Positions 27,539 through 43,368 of a DNA stretch of 64,000 nt are shown one piece after another (position 1 is the first letter of the stretch; each line of letters begins with the position of its first letter). Source of the stretch: Eledone cirrhosa (Eukaryota); the NCBI GenBank assembly GCA_964016885.1, contig OZ024743.1:154566001-154630000 (forward strand), read 5' to 3'. Position numbers and translations under genes: made by a program. The notes under the pieces were generated by a model. The model did no database searches. It was given only the letters and a program-made list of their open reading frames with translations, and was not told the origin of the DNA.

Positions 27539-27819
27539 TTGAAAATAAACACCTGCCATTACAAAGGATTATTTACTATTTTGCAAATACTGACTTACTT
27601 AAACTAGTGTTAGTGCTAATTTACTTATTTATTAACTTTATTTATAAAAGAGGACAATTAAGTTCCGTGAAAGAGATGTATTTATTAAGAGCCTGACGAT
27701 TTAACTGAAATTGATACCAATTAAAATATACAAAAATGAATCAACTTTACATTTGACTGATGATAATATTTTAATAATCGATATGGAATCTACCTGATCC
27801 CTTTCCAATTGAAACATTG

Positions 27820-28171
27820 TAAGGGTAAAGAGGGATTAAGATCTCCTTCAGTCACGAATGACCAGGGGCTTTGCAAATAGAAAGTCTCCTTCCGAGGCAC
27901 AAGTCCGGGCCAAGATATTGTGGAAGACAGGCAGTCACTCATCCATACAAACCTTCCCTCTCCACGCCACCAATGATGTCCAAGGGAAAGCCTATACCCG
28001 ATATAGCTTCACACCAGTGCAGTTGCATCTCATTTCTGAAGCTGAGTAAACTGGAGCAACGTGAAAAATAAAGTCTCTTCCTTAAGGAAACAACGCATCA
28101 CCCGGTCCGAGAATCGAACTCAGAACCTACCGATTGCAAGCCCAATGCTCTAACCACTAAGCCATACGCCT
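27820..28171 (-). mobile_element. tRNA-derived SINE, family B
   Basis: Minus-strand head ggcgtaTGGCTTAGTGGttagagc...GTTCGATTCtcgg (A and B boxes), followed by non-tRNA body ttcacgttgctccagtttactcagct. Confidence 0.75.
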
Positions 28172-28670
28172 GAAATTGTAGACTGTAACTATCTCAATAA
28201 TTGTATCCCTAGAATCTATACATAAACATATCTGCTTGTGTTAGTCGTAATTATCGTGGGAGAGACGATTGATTTGAACAGATGAGGATGTAAATCTGCA
28301 TGTTGATCTAACAATATGATTTTGCAAGTTGTTTCTCAAGAAAAAATTGAATTATAAAACAATATATTTGAAATCTCTATTGCATCCCAAACTTTCCACC
28401 CTCAATAAATAGATAAGAGTGCATATACTACTGAGTGATTGTACTATGTGACAAAATGGAGCTGCTATTTTTTTTATTCTGAGACTGAGAGGAGGTGAAT
28501 TGTTTGTAATATAAATTATGGCATCAATATCGATACAAAACGCATAGCTTTATTTGCAGAATTATATCTGTGCTACTGCACTACGTACTATTCTACATGT
28601 ACACACATTACATATACACACAACACATGCATATATATATATGTGTGTGTGTGGGTCCGAGTGTGAGTGC

Positions 28671-28737
<67 letters not shown>

Positions 28738-29934
28738 TATATATATATAACACATATATATATATAGCACACTATCTAATTATCTAATTTCCTACATTGA
28801 ACTTTTGGAAATTTGTATTTGTATTTTTTGCATTAAATTGATGCTTGTTCAAAATATTTAAAACGTTAGAAATGCTATCCTAATTGACAGTAAAAAATAC
28901 CGGGTTGGCAGATAGAATCTAGAATAAATGCCTTTAACGAGACGTACTGTCATCATCTAGAGTCTGTTTCCTGCTTCATAGAAACTATACTTGACATATT
29001 GATTCCTTCGGGGGATGAACACTTATTGATGTATTTTAGAAACTAATTCATAAAAATATTTCAGAAATGCTAGTATACGACTTTTACCAAATATATTATT
29101 AAAATGCTATGCATCATTTCTCTTCTATATCCGCTTTTTTGTTATACATATTTTAGATATTACGCCTGTAAAAGTTTCAAATTCCTGGTGTATTTTCCAC
29201 TGCGTAAAATATGCATTGGGTTATGAGGGGTTTTAGAGTTTAAGTATTTACTGTTTACAACTATTTTGTGTCTTTATGTATCTTTCCTTTTTCCAGTTGA
29301 ACAATCTAATTGTTTCCACGTTGATAAAGATGTACAAACACATGAAGTGTATTCGAATTCATAGTTAGAGTCGGAACAACATAGCAAATTTCACTTAATT
29401 AAATTCGAGTGTTGATAAACATTAGTGGAACATTTATTTCCTTAAGAAGCAACTCATGAAAACATGAAATAATCAATTCGGTATATCCTCTCATTATCAA
29501 AATAGCAGACACAAAATAAATATTTTATGCATAACATGTGGAGATGACGGATATAAGACTGAAATTGTCATAGATATTTCAAACTGCAAACGGAACTGAA
29601 ATGTGTATTCAATTATGTGTATAACTGAAATTATAATTACACTAAAAAAAAAATAGAAATATTTATTCATTTCATTGACCATGGAATCAAATAGAAAATT
29701 CATACAAACCCGTTTGATGTCCTGATTAATAATAGTAATAGTTACAATGCTATGGTGTTGAGGCTTGTGATGAGGTGTAGTCAATAAAATGACTCAAAGT
29801 CTTGACTCGTACGTTATTCTATCGAACCAAATAATTGCATCAGTTTCATTTGAATTCTGAATGTAGAGATCAATAACGCATAAAATCAATCTAAAATTAA
29901 TATAATAATGTCAATAATGATGGCGATATTTGAA

Positions 29935-30300
29935 CACTGATAGATCCTGTTTAATCCGAATTGCGTGTAATCCGATGTAATCTAGAATGCCAACTGTGTC
30001 ATCCATAGACATTTCAAGAAACTACAATAAACGAAAACGGCCGATGAAAGTGATCAAAAAGTTAGGCATTTTAGACAGTGGTCATACAACGGGTAAAGAA
30101 AGAGAAAAAAGAAACAGAAGTGGATATGTTAATATGCATTCAGTACAATCAAATATTAGGTCAAGACTACAGGAAGCACATACATTTCTTTTCTTCCAAA
30201 TTATGCCCACTTCTTTTCTTGTCAGAGCATTACTAACATAAATGCGTCGAGTGTAAAGACAAATATATATACTGTCCCGGCTGTTTATAATTTTTGAGTT
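29935..30300 (+). mobile_element. Possible pogo/Tigger-like DNA transposon remnant (TIR-like end + degenerate CENP-B-type HTH)
   Basis: cactgatagatcctgtttaatccgaa...taatccga resembles pogo-type TIRs. ORF 29987..30241 has KRKR...KKLGILD...LQEAHTFLFFQ. Weak similarity. Confidence 0.35.
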
Positions 30301-30594
30301 TCGGTTTCTTTTTTTTTTTAATTTAGTTCCATGTTGTAACACACAAACAAAGAGAAATTGTGAAGAAGTGAATGCAGCTGTTATGTTCATATTTGTTTCA
30401 GTATGTTTCTTTTTAATATCAAATCACGCAAACATGTGTCACATTATATTATAAATAATTTTAAAACTATTCTCTCCCCCTCTCCTCCTCTTTAGTTTTA
30501 AAATATATGTTGTTTTGTCACTAGCCTGATCTTTGGAGTTTTATGGAAAAAAACTAGAATTCTGTCAAATTTATTTCTATTAGTTTAAAATTGG

Positions 30595-31130
30595 CTACTC
30601 TACAGCACAAAATATTGCAAAGAAATGTTGGGCCAGGAAAATATTAATGATTACACGGTGCAACGTTGGTTTCCATTGTTCTGACATGGTGTATTTCATA
30701 TTGAGGATACAGAAAGTAGAGTGCGTCCTTCTGCCATTTGTCACGGTGAATGTAAGACTTTGGTGGGAGTAAATCCTTACACAACAGTTCAAGCGCTTCC
30801 GGTAGAGATAGTTTTATGCATTGTGACAGTTGGACTGAATTGGAAAGTCAAAGAAGTTTGAAAATGGATGACACACGAATTTTACGAAAAGCAAAATAAT
30901 TGCTGAAGTCTGCTCATCGTATCAGAAACGACTCATTATGACGTTAGATGAAACGCTGTTCAGCCCAATGTTTGGACGAAGAGGAAACTCCAAAAATATT
31001 TCTATATCCAAGTTTGCAATAAAACAATGTTATTGTGACGGTTTGGTGGACAGCAGCCGAATTAATTCTCTAAAGCCTCTGAATATACTACAATAGGGCC
31101 GTTTAATCCTGAAATTGAGGCAGTTCGTTA
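30595..31130 (+). mobile_element. Degenerate mariner transposase remnant
   Basis: Broken frames give TVQRWF...RPSAI...VNPYTTVQAL...KWMTHEF (WVPHEL-like) and SAQCLDEEETPK...PSLQ*NNVIVTVWW. Confidence 0.65.
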
Positions 31131-31989
31131 AACATTGCAATGTATGTGTTAAAGATTGGCAAATAGCCCGGTTACATATTTCACAACACATATTTTCTAC
31201 CAAATAATTTAGATTCTATTGTTTTTTTTTATTTCGATCATTAAAGTATAATTTTTACTGAGATGTCCCATTGTACCTTCATTGTTTAAATATCTGCATT
31301 AGATTCTGAAAAGCTTTATGATATAGGAAATAAATGAAACAGTACCTGGATTCAATTTAGATAAAAAAGCTCAAAGTCATAGATGTGAGAGGGGATATTA
31401 AACATGCATTGTCATTTGTATGAGGGTTACCTCTTATATCAATGCATCATACCACGCGTGTCATTTAAATCATGATGTATTATTATATATTAATGAAGAC
31501 AACGTAAGTTATAAAAGTCAAGTACTTAGTATGCCAGACTGCTATTCAATTTTCATATTTAAACGATTGACATATAACTACGACAACCTTAATACCATGC
31601 ATAATTATAGTCGTCTCATTTCCTCAGATTCTATAGTCTTGAATTGCTCTGTATGGCACTATTGTTTCATCAAAACTTATTTTACGTGATATTAGTTAAT
31701 TGCAAGAAGTTCGTTATGACTATGAAATTCGTTTTTCTGCTTCACGTCTAGATTTTGATCTACAAGATATTCCAAATATACTTCTACATTTACAGAATAT
31801 GTGTCCAGTCTTGTGAAGAGTGCATGATATTCAATAATGTACTAAACTACAATTAGTCACTGTTACAATGAGAATATAACTTACAACAAAAGGATTACAG
31901 CATTGATGCCACTCTCAATATCAATAGCATGGACTTTAACAGGTGCCAGACCAGCAAAGTTCTACCATCATGAGGGGATCGGCTCACCC

Positions 31990-33525
31990 TTGGTTACTTG
32001 TTTGGACAGTAGTTTATCGATCATTTAAAAAAATCATTCACCATGATCAGTACTAATCCTGCCAAAGTCTTAAGGATAGAAATGCATGAGACTCTTAAGA
32101 AAGTTAATTCCCAAAGAAATGACACCCGAATGAATCCGGAAGGTCAGCTATGATTGCCTTATAAATTGAGATTCGTTTCTTTCCTAAAATATATTTCAAC
32201 ACATCACCAGGGACCCGTCATTCAACTTCATCCAAAGGATGTTTGAACGTCTGATTCTTTATTAGCTTGCAAGTGTCTGTTCCAAGAACGCGCAATTCTT
32301 TTATTATGTTCTTCGATTAATCAGAGGAAAATACCTTTCACCAACTTGATAGGTTGGCTCTCAGGATCCAGTGACTTCAAAGATTCTAGATTTAATATTT
32401 AGTGTTGGAAATATGATTCAATGAGGGGAAACTAGTAGTACGCATTGGACGCTTTTATTCACTGGTCTCCATTAATCATGAACTAGCCAAATTCTGTGGA
32501 CTCTAATGGTCATTTTCAGCATGGCTGTCCTACAGGCCTAGGAAGCAGCAAAGCGTCGTACTGCACCTTTGCATTTCCATTAAAACACCTATTATCTTCA
32601 ACACCCATCGATCAAGGAAAGTAATATCTTGATAATCTCGTATGACGCGTTTGCTCTCCTCGAGTAACACTAGTGTTATACGGGACTACTTATTCCCAAC
32701 TTGCAAATAAACTGCATTTAAGCTGGAAACACTGCTATCTGTCTATACACACCAATCTGTCTTGACATCATAAAACCAGTAATGTTCTTACACTACACAA
32801 AATCGTGTTCATCATGTGTGTAGAAAACCTCAACAAATTTTTTTCTCGTGGTGACTGTGTGCTTTTGTTCGGCTTCATTGGGCTAAGGCACCAACTTCTG
32901 AGCATTGTTCCAGTCGGGTAAGCATCATTTTTAAAATGATTCAACTTTCGGACAAAATGATCCAGTTGTTCTTGACATAATTTCGGGTATGAATGAGTAA
33001 TTTCAATATTCTTGCCATCGATTTGTTCATCACATTCAGCTTCATAATCGGAACTCTTATCTGAATCTCTCAATGGGTAATTGCTTGGCACTTGAGGAAT
33101 TGATCTCCATATAGCTATATCACAGCAGGCAAATTAGTATACTTGATAGCATTTCCAGCTTTCCTTTTTAACCTCTCCGATTTAGTAATACAAAAGTAAC
33201 AATCAGAAGAATTATTGCTTTTTTCTCCCCATGCAGTGGCAAGTGGCTTTTGCTTCAGGTTGCTACTTGATAACGAGGAAAGCCTATCATTGCAAATTCT
33301 ACATACAATATGTTGAGCAAACCAATTATCTTAAATGACATAGAGACACTTGACGCACAATAAATTGTATTTTCGTAAATCTAATCGGGTTATCTTGGAG
33401 ATCGAAATGTAGATGTGATAGAGAAAAGCTGACTTCATATTCACAAAGAGCACCCTAAATGTAAGCAAAATCACCAAATTATCTTTTGCTAAACACATTT
33501 TGTTTCATCTTGTGATACAGTGTTA
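31990..33525 (-). mobile_element. Degenerate DNA-transposon-like transposase remnant (family unassigned)
   Basis: Ordered motifs WFAQHIVCRIC, AWGEKSNNSSDCYFC, QEQLDHFVRKLN, TDSSVSSLNAV...GNK and INFLKSLMHFYP*DFGRISTDHGE. They match, from recall, a widespread invertebrate transposase-like family (W-APH-CxxC / WREP-DCYFC / FIDSS / HFLHSHLDFFP-SDEHGE). Confidence 0.6.
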
Positions 33526-34663
33526 TTAAACAATACAGATATCTTTTAGGTGTGATCTCTTTTGAAACTTAAAGCCTAATCTAAAATGGCAAAACATGCT
33601 CGAAAAGGACTAGCCATTAATTATGCTGTCTGTAATTAATTATTTAAAAGACGATGAAATAATTATCAATATAGTCAAACACATTAACTTCGGTATAAGT
33701 ATGGTATTTATTTATTTTGATGGATAATGAAGTTTATGTTTAATCTTTCACTCTGTGCTGGCATAGGATTCAAAACAAAATCTGCATTTTGTTTAAATTT
33801 ATACCAAAATAATAAATACAATTTGGTTCTCCACATTTCACTAAGGTCTTATGTTAATGTACGACATAATCAACTTAATATTTTCCATTACATAAATTAG
33901 AGAAGTTAAGGGAGAATATTGCAAACGAAGCCAAGGCCACATGGTCTATCGCTAATTCACTTCTGTTGCTTGCCAAACATAGGTTTCACGTAGACCGCAC
34001 TTATTATGTAACAGTATCTAGTAGAAGTACAATTCAATCTTGATAAAAACCAATGGTAATTGAATAGATGCTTTTCATGAACTAATAAATGTAAATATCA
34101 CTACACATGATATGTGTCTCCCAAGAATTGATTTACCATTAAGCTAATTTAACACAAATTTACACATGAAGAAGAAGCGTTTCACTGCAGTTTCTTTTCT
34201 GCAAAACTGAATGTAATATACATATAAAGCGCATACAATACATATAAAGCGCATACAATACTGGATCAATAACAGATTCAAACAACATATTAACGTCTTC
34301 TGTAGATTTTAATTCAAAACTAACATATGAAATTGTAATTCAATACTATACTCATAAAATCTTTAATAAAAAGTTATATAAAGAGAGAAATGGGTCGATC
34401 ACTATCGTAAGATTGTTCTTTCGATTCCCAGTGGTGCGTTGTCTCCCTAAACAACACAATTTATTTAACGTTTCTCTAATCCACTCCCCTGGAAAAAATA
34501 AATTGAGCAGCTTTTTCTAAGTGAATGCCTTGTCGCAAACAGTGAAATATTTGTCCTGACAGCTGGGGGGGAGGGGGTCTAGCTCACACACACACACACA
34601 TATTCAAACACACACACACACAAACGCACATAAACACACACACATACACACCCACCAACACAT

Positions 34664-34726
<63 letters not shown>

Positions 34727-34800
34727 TACATTATGAAGAGAGAAGAAACATTTAGATATAATTAGTAATAAAATGTATCATTCCTAAACTGCTCCTAAAT

Positions 34801-34890
34801 TCCTCGACTACGTAGTTTCGTGGCATAAACAAAAACAATATATCATAAAGATATACAGTCCTTGCGAGGTCTGCCGACTTATCAAGAGGA
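34801..34890 (-). ncRNA. Type I hammerhead ribozyme, U3-A8 core variant (copy 1)
   Basis: tcctc TTGATAA gtcggca...tgccac GAAA ctacgtag TC gagga. Stem I 5 bp, stem II with one bulge, palindromic stem III ACTACGTAGT, GUC triplet. Confidence 0.85.
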
Positions 34891-35395
34891 TACCTCATTT
34901 TACTAGTCTCAAGAACGCGTCTACACGACGTGAGAAAGAATCCCAAAAGGCGGAGGGGGAGATAGTCACGCGATATAACGGTCGAGAAACAGAGCTAAGC
35001 CTCTTATAACCCCGAAGAAAATACCACGGAGGCGGAGGGGGTATTTATATCGAGGCCGTAGAAGAGGTGCTGAAGAAGGCGAGAAGTATGAGTAATGGAA
35101 GCTTTCCAGCTGTCCCCACACTTCAAAGATTGCTCGACCAGAGGGAGTTATTAACAATATATTTAGAAACACACAGATACATGCGGACACACACATATAT
35201 ACATGAATGCATCCGCACCCAACTGTGAGTTAAGGGTGCCAACTTCACCGATGTTGCTCAATGAATGACTAGGACAGACCAATTCAGTTGAACTAGACTG
35301 AACCAGTATCAGAGTTCAAAATACATTATGAAGAGAGAAGAAACATTTAGATATAATTAGTAATAAAATGTATCATACCTAAACTGCTCCTAAAT

Positions 35396-35485
35396 TCCTC
35401 GACTACGTAGTTTCGTGGCATAAACAAAAACAATATATCATAAAGATATAGAGTCCTTGCGAGGTCTGCCGACTTATCAAGAGGA
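35396..35485 (-). ncRNA. Type I hammerhead ribozyme, U3-A8 variant (copy 2)
   Basis: Core and stems identical to copy 1. Confidence 0.85.
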
Positions 35486-35990
35486 TACCTCATTTTACTA
35501 GTCTTAAGAACGCGTCTACACGACGTGAGAAAGAATCCCAAAAGGCGGAGGGGGAGATAGTCACGCGATATAACGGTCGAGAAACAGAGCTAAGCCTCTT
35601 ATAACCCCGAAGAAAATACCACGGAGGCGGATGGGGTATTTATATCGAGGCCGTAGAAGAGGTGGTGAAGAAGGCGAGAAGTATGAGTAATGGAAGCTTT
35701 CCAGCTGTCCCCACACTTCAAAGATTGCTCGACCAGAGGGAGTATTTAACAATATATTTAGAAACACACAGATACATGCGGATACACACATATATACATG
35801 AATGCATCCGCACCCAACTGTGAGTTAAGGGAGCCAACTTCACCGATGTTGCTCAATGAATGACTGGGACAGACCAATTCAGTTGAACTAGACTGAACCA
35901 GTATCAGACTTAAAAATACATTATGAAGAGAGAAGAAACATTTAGATATAATTAGTAATAAAATGTATCATATCTAAACTGCTCCAAAAT

Positions 35991-36080
35991 TCCTCGACTA
36001 CGTAGTTTCGTGGCATAAACAAAAACAATATATCATAAAGATATAGAGTCCTTGCGAGGTCTGCCGACTTATCAAGAGGA
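35991..36080 (-). ncRNA. Type I hammerhead ribozyme, U3-A8 variant (copy 3)
   Basis: Core and stems identical to copy 1. Confidence 0.85.
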
Positions 36081-36235
36081 TACCTCATTTTACTAGTCTC
36101 AAGAACGCGTCTACACGACGTGAGAAAGAATCCCAAAAGGCGGAGGGGAAGATAGTCACGCGATATAACGGTCGAGAAACAGAGCTAAGCCTCTTATAAC
36201 CCCGAAGAAAATACCACGGAGGCGGAGGGGGTATT

Positions 36236-38041
<1,806 letters not shown>

Positions 38042-38047
<6 letters not shown>

Positions 38048-38903
38048 GGTAAAGGGAATAGAAAATGCTGCCAAATTGTTCACAGCTGAAAAATGGTTTA
38101 ATTAGGAATAAAAGAGTATTAGTGATTGTATGGGTGAGTATTCAGTTGTGGTTTTAAGTTTTTACCGGTTGCGCATTTCTAAATGCTTTTCAAAAATAAT
38201 TTTGAGATAGAGTGTCCGTGCTGTTTGCTCTGATCTGATTAGTTTTGGGAATTCTACCTGTTTTTATGTTAAAAAAGTGGCTCCAACTTGCAAAAATTAT
38301 TGTGGTCAAAACAATTTTGATTGGTCGGTAGAGGTCATGTGATTAAAAAATTGGTTTTGCGCCAAGATAGACCCAACTGTGGCATTTGCATCAACCTAAT
38401 TGAGGGTTCGGAATTCTATCTCAAAGATGGACAACGTTTTATAGTAAAACACAATTTCACATGTGCATCGGAAAATCTAATATATGTATTAACTTGTTCA
38501 GGTTGTCGAGAACAATACATAGGCCAGACCAAAGACAGCCTCCGCCAACGCATGACTGTCTATAGATCCCAAATCAAAATACGGGAATACAGGAAAATAC
38601 CACTGAGTGAACACATTGATACCTGTGCCGCCCAAAATCATCCCAACATCAGAATCTTTCCCCTCTACAAATTTAAAGATAATGCCACCCACACCCAGCG
38701 CATCAGCAAGGAATCTTACTTCATTAACAAATACGGACCCCGTCTAAACACTTCTCCCTAAGACGAACCCACAACATACACACGTCAACATACATACCTA
38801 CATCAGCACACACCTCTACCCACATATAAACACAATGAGATACGTAAACACACATCCTCTATGGTGCAACACAAAAAAATATATGTGCATATATATATAT
38901 GCA

Positions 38904-38986
<83 letters not shown>

Positions 38987-39130
38987 AATATATGTATGTG
39001 TATATATATATAGTGAATATCATTTCACACCTTTTTTTGTTAAGATTTTCGATGTTCTATTAAGAGAACCGATTTCACTGAAAAAATCGAATAACGTACA
39101 CCATTTTACCAGGGGGAAAAAAATACTGGT

Positions 39131-39171
<41 letters not shown>

Positions 39172-39443
39172 CACACACACATACACACGCGTACATCAAC
39201 ATACAAAGAGACTTATATACACACAAACACACACACGCACTTTTCCGTATAAGACAAAAGCTGAAAAATATCTTTTGACATGCTAAAATACCCCCATTGC
39301 TTTCAGACATACTCTTACTGACCATCCCTGCCACCACGAATTACGCTGCTATACACACACACACACAAACACTTATCTTAATAGCCATTTGACACACATC
39401 GCTGCTAACCATTATCACAACATCGAACACCTTACTACTACTA

Positions 39444-39485
<42 letters not shown>

Positions 39486-39840
39486 TTGTTGTGAAAGAGT
39501 CATTTCTCAATCTTGGCGCAAAACCAATTTTTTATTCACATGACCTCTACCGACCAATCAAAATTGTTTTGACCACAAGAATTTTTGCTGGAGCCACTTT
39601 TTTAACATAAAAACAGGTAGAATTCCGAAAACTAATCAGATCAGAGCAAACAGCACGGACACTCCATCTCAAAATTATTTTTGAAAAGCATTTAGAAATG
39701 CGCAACCGGTAAAGACTTAAAAACTTAAAACAACAACTGAATACTAACCCATACAATCACTAATACTCTTTTATTCCTAATTAAACCATTTTTCAACTGT
39801 GAACAATTTGTCGGCATTTTCTATTCCGTTTACCAATATA
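38042..39840 (+). mobile_element. 5'-truncated Neptune-type PLE (GIY-YIG) bracketed by about 330-bp inverted copies of its 3' end
   Basis: ORF 38321..38761: RPNCGIC...FTCASENLIYVLTCSGCREQYIGQTKDSLRQRM...ESYFINKYGPRLN. 38042-38368 is the reverse complement of 39510-39840. HHR-like TTGAAAA gcattt-ag-aaatgc GCAA ccgg TA at 39681-39711. Confidence 0.88.
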
Positions 39841-39871
39841 TAATAACTTGTGTGTTACACCTCTATTCTTT

Positions 39872-39939
<68 letters not shown>

Positions 39940-40315
39940 AATGCAAAACGTAAAATTAAGCAGTTAACCAAACAACACAGTTCAATGTCGATATATATCA
40001 GTATAACACCTGTTATAGTAGGAAAATGGTATTTACGTTTTATACACTAGTTCTCCTTCATTAAAAGATAGAATGAGAAATAAATGATGAAATAGAAAAA
40101 TAGAGACCGAGAGAAGGAAAGAACGGAACGCATGTTTCATAACAACATGAGTATATTGAGGCATACACGCATATAAATACACGCACGCACACACACACAC
40201 ACACGCACACATATGTATATACATATATATATATATATATATATAAAAGACGTAAAATAAGAAAATATTTTTTAAAAAATTTTAAAAATTTTTTTACTTA
40301 CTTACTTAAATTTTC

Positions 40316-40397
40316 ACTCCAACTAATTAGTTTCTGCAATGGGATAAAGACAGTTACATAATCCAACTGTCGAGAATTCATTGCGTCATCAGGGAGT
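40316..40397 (-). ncRNA. Type I hammerhead ribozyme (copy 1)
   Basis: actcc CTGATGA cgcaatg...gacagtt-ggattatgt-aactgtc...cattgca GAAA ctaattag TT ggagt. Palindromic stem III ACTAATTAGT; GUU triplet. Confidence 0.88.
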
Positions 40398-40868
40398 CTA
40401 TTCTCAGCTGAGCCTCCAGGCAATGCGCGGACACTGGCGGCTAATATAAAAATAATAATTCGGTAGAAAGAACAGCTAGGCGAGGACTGGATTCTATGTA
40501 CTGAAATTCTCACTGCTTCCAGTCAAATGGCCGATTCTAAAGAATCAATCACATGACATAGAGGCTAGTTAGAAGGAATGGGATGGTAAGATGACTGACG
40601 CCTACTAACACCCCAAAAAAAATTTTGAAGTGGTTTTGGCAGGTTTGCTCGACAAATCAGTGATTTGGAGATAAATATAGATAATTTAATATATCAACTA
40701 ACATAGGCGCACAGATGTACGTCCATGCCAGCAAATACACAGGTTATGTCATAGTACCTAGGTGGTTCAATGCAGGAAAGTGCAGAACAATAATATAAAA
40801 GACGTAAAATAAGAAAATATTTTAAAAAAAATTTAAAAAAATTTTTTTACTTACTTACTTAAATTTTC

Positions 40869-40950
40869 ACTCCAACTAATTAGTTTCTGCAATGGGATAA
40901 AGACAGTTACATAATCCAACTGTCGAGAATTCATTGCGTCATCAGGGAGT
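40869..40950 (-). ncRNA. Type I hammerhead ribozyme (copy 2)
   Basis: Identical to 40316-40397. Confidence 0.88.
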
Positions 40951-42393
40951 CTATTCTCAGCTGAGCCTCCAGGCAATGCGCGGACACTGGCGGCTCATAT
41001 AAAAATAATAATTCGGTAGAAAGAACAGCTAGGCGAGGACTAGATTCTATGTACTGAAATTCTCACTGCTTCCAGTCAAATGGCCGATTCTAAAGAATCA
41101 ATCACGTGACATAGAGGCTAGTTAGAAGGAATGGGATGGTAAGATGACTGACGCCTACTAACACCCCAAAAAAAAATTTTTTAAAAATATTTTCTTATTT
41201 TACGTCTTTTATATTATTTCTGTAAACGCCAGAGGTGTCTATATGTGAGCGTTTGTATATTAACGTGTGAATCTGAGAGAGGAAGTTTGTTTACGACATG
41301 GAAAGAGAGGTTAATGTTATTATTTTGGAGAGTCAATTATATGTGTGATGGTGATTGTATGATAATTCTTTGTGCAGGATGCTTCCATTCAAATTAGAAT
41401 GAGTAAAATATATAGAAGCATGGAATCACAGGAAATGTCTTGCATTAATTGTATTTTGATTACTAACTTCGTTGCAGAATCCAATAGTTGGTCTGTATCA
41501 ATGACAACTGTTCCTTTTCCATTCATGCTAACTCTAATGGCTTCAAGATACTTATTTCCAAAGAGACATGGCAACAACTGAAATTTGGTTTTTGTGGATG
41601 TGTATGAAACTGAATCAAAATGTAAATAGCTGGAAACACAAGAAGCTTTGTCTAAAATTCATTGGGAATTCTTAAGGAATTTCTTACATGTGCACGACAG
41701 TCGGAAACGTAATACACCGTACGTAATTATAATATCTCCCAAAAGATTTCACTATCATATATACTAAGACGTATTAAATTCGTAATTAACTTATACACAT
41801 TTGAGGTATTTGTGCATTTTAACAGCATATACTGAATGAACGACGATTTAGAATATAGTTAATATGTATATAAATAAACTATGAAATTGCGAACATTTGT
41901 TAAAATCACAGTATGTTTAGCAGACTTGAATACTCTTTGTCCCGGCTACTTTTACAATTTAAAAAATCAATATTGATCGTGTCCGAACATCAATTGTGAA
42001 GAATTTCTTATTGGAAACACAAACAGATATACCAGATGTAAACTTGCAGAATGTTGATAACCAGACATTAGTAATTAGATTATCAATAGAGCGTGACATG
42101 CGTGTGTAGATTTATGCTGAGTCATAACATGTATATTATGGAACAGTGTGAATTTAGCATCCGTGTTTTAATCAGAAGTACCCAGGCAATTCGGAAAAGA
42201 CGGTTCGATATTTAAAAGTCAGTTGGCGAAATCCCAGTGGTCAAACCACTATGCCTACTTGACCTACTTCCACAACTAGTCCAAGTACATATACGTTAAA
42301 CAGAGCCAACACTTAATATATATTTACGTTCATAATACACGGTGTATTGGTGCACAAATTATGGAAATATACACGATAATTTTGTCTAAATAA

Positions 42394-42578
42394 TTGTTTC
42401 TATTTTAGGGACAAGGCCAGCAATTACCCAGTACATTACTCGTACTTTATTTTATCGACCCCGTAAGGATGAAAGTCAAAGATAACCTCGGCGGGACTTG
42501 AACTCAGATCGTAAAGGGACGTAACTATGCTGGAAAGCATGGCGTCCGATCCTCCACCGATACTGCCAATCCACCGCC
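42394..42578 (-). mobile_element. tRNA-derived SINE, family A, with probable target-site duplication
   Basis: Family A sequence flanked on both sides by taattttgtctaaataat (about 42378 and about 42580). Confidence 0.82.
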
Positions 42579-42619
42579 CTAATTTTGTCTAAATAATATA
42601 GTCTAAATGATAAGGCAGT

Positions 42620-42922
42620 AAGCATGCACCTACACGTACACTAGGTCCGAACACAGAGTAGTCGAACTGCCACTGTCCTCGCCTCCATCTCTCTCACCCT
42701 CCCCATTTCTCACTATTATGAGCAAATGGGGTCCCACTTGCTGGCCGTGCCACAACCCGGGCGGACAGAATGGATAAGGTGTTCCCCACGAGGACGGTAA
42801 AGGAGATGCGTTGGAAAAGCCATTCTATCTCGCGAGGCTCACACCTGCGGCTCCCCAGCTCAGCACCAACGCTGGTAAGTAGATAGATTGTCATAGACCC
42901 AAGGACACCGAAAGTCTCCAGA
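42620..42922 (-). mobile_element. 3' end fragment of CRE-like LINE
   Basis: LETFGVLGS...EPREIEWLFQRISF is homologous to 9550-9830. Confidence 0.75.
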
Positions 42923-43222
42923 CCAAGTCACAAGTATGAAAATATAGGAGCCAACTTATTTCAGAGCAGAACTAATAGCTACTTTATTGAATTTTCATCT
43001 TTAGTTAGTGGCATGAAATTGGAGTCTGTTAATTCAGGTAATTACCTAAAATCATTGTTATTAGTTGTAGAAATCATAGACAAGTAGATGCCCAATACAA
43101 TTTCTAAAATTTGATGGGCATACGCATGAATAAATACGCATGAATAAATTGTCTCAAAGAAACTGATGAGAAGACTTATCATATTTAGCACAATTATGAA
43201 TGCGATTGATGTGATATGTATG

Positions 43223-43368
<146 letters not shown>

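Larger units (their letters stand above)
40241..41218 (-). repeat. Second retrozyme-like array: about 552-bp unit, about 1.7 copies, one HHR per unit, capped by a short inverted copy of its end
   Basis: atataaaagacgtaaaataag at 40241 and 40793. 41175-41218 is the reverse complement of the unit end. Left flank is (TA)n. Confidence 0.9.

Noticed and set aside
28095-28171. tRNA-like sequence
   Set aside because: A and B boxes are present, but there is no proper acceptor stem and it runs into a SINE body. It is a SINE head.
34752-36136. Repeated small ORFs (64 and 76 aa) in the 595-bp unit
   Set aside because: Non-ATG starts and no recognisable domain. Their recurrence follows from near-identical DNA. 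Cannot be fully excluded without cross-copy dN/dS.
41220-41720. Possible decayed coding remnant next to the 552-bp array
   Set aside because: No RT or GIY-YIG motif can be read convincingly, and it is separated from the array by the inverted cap.
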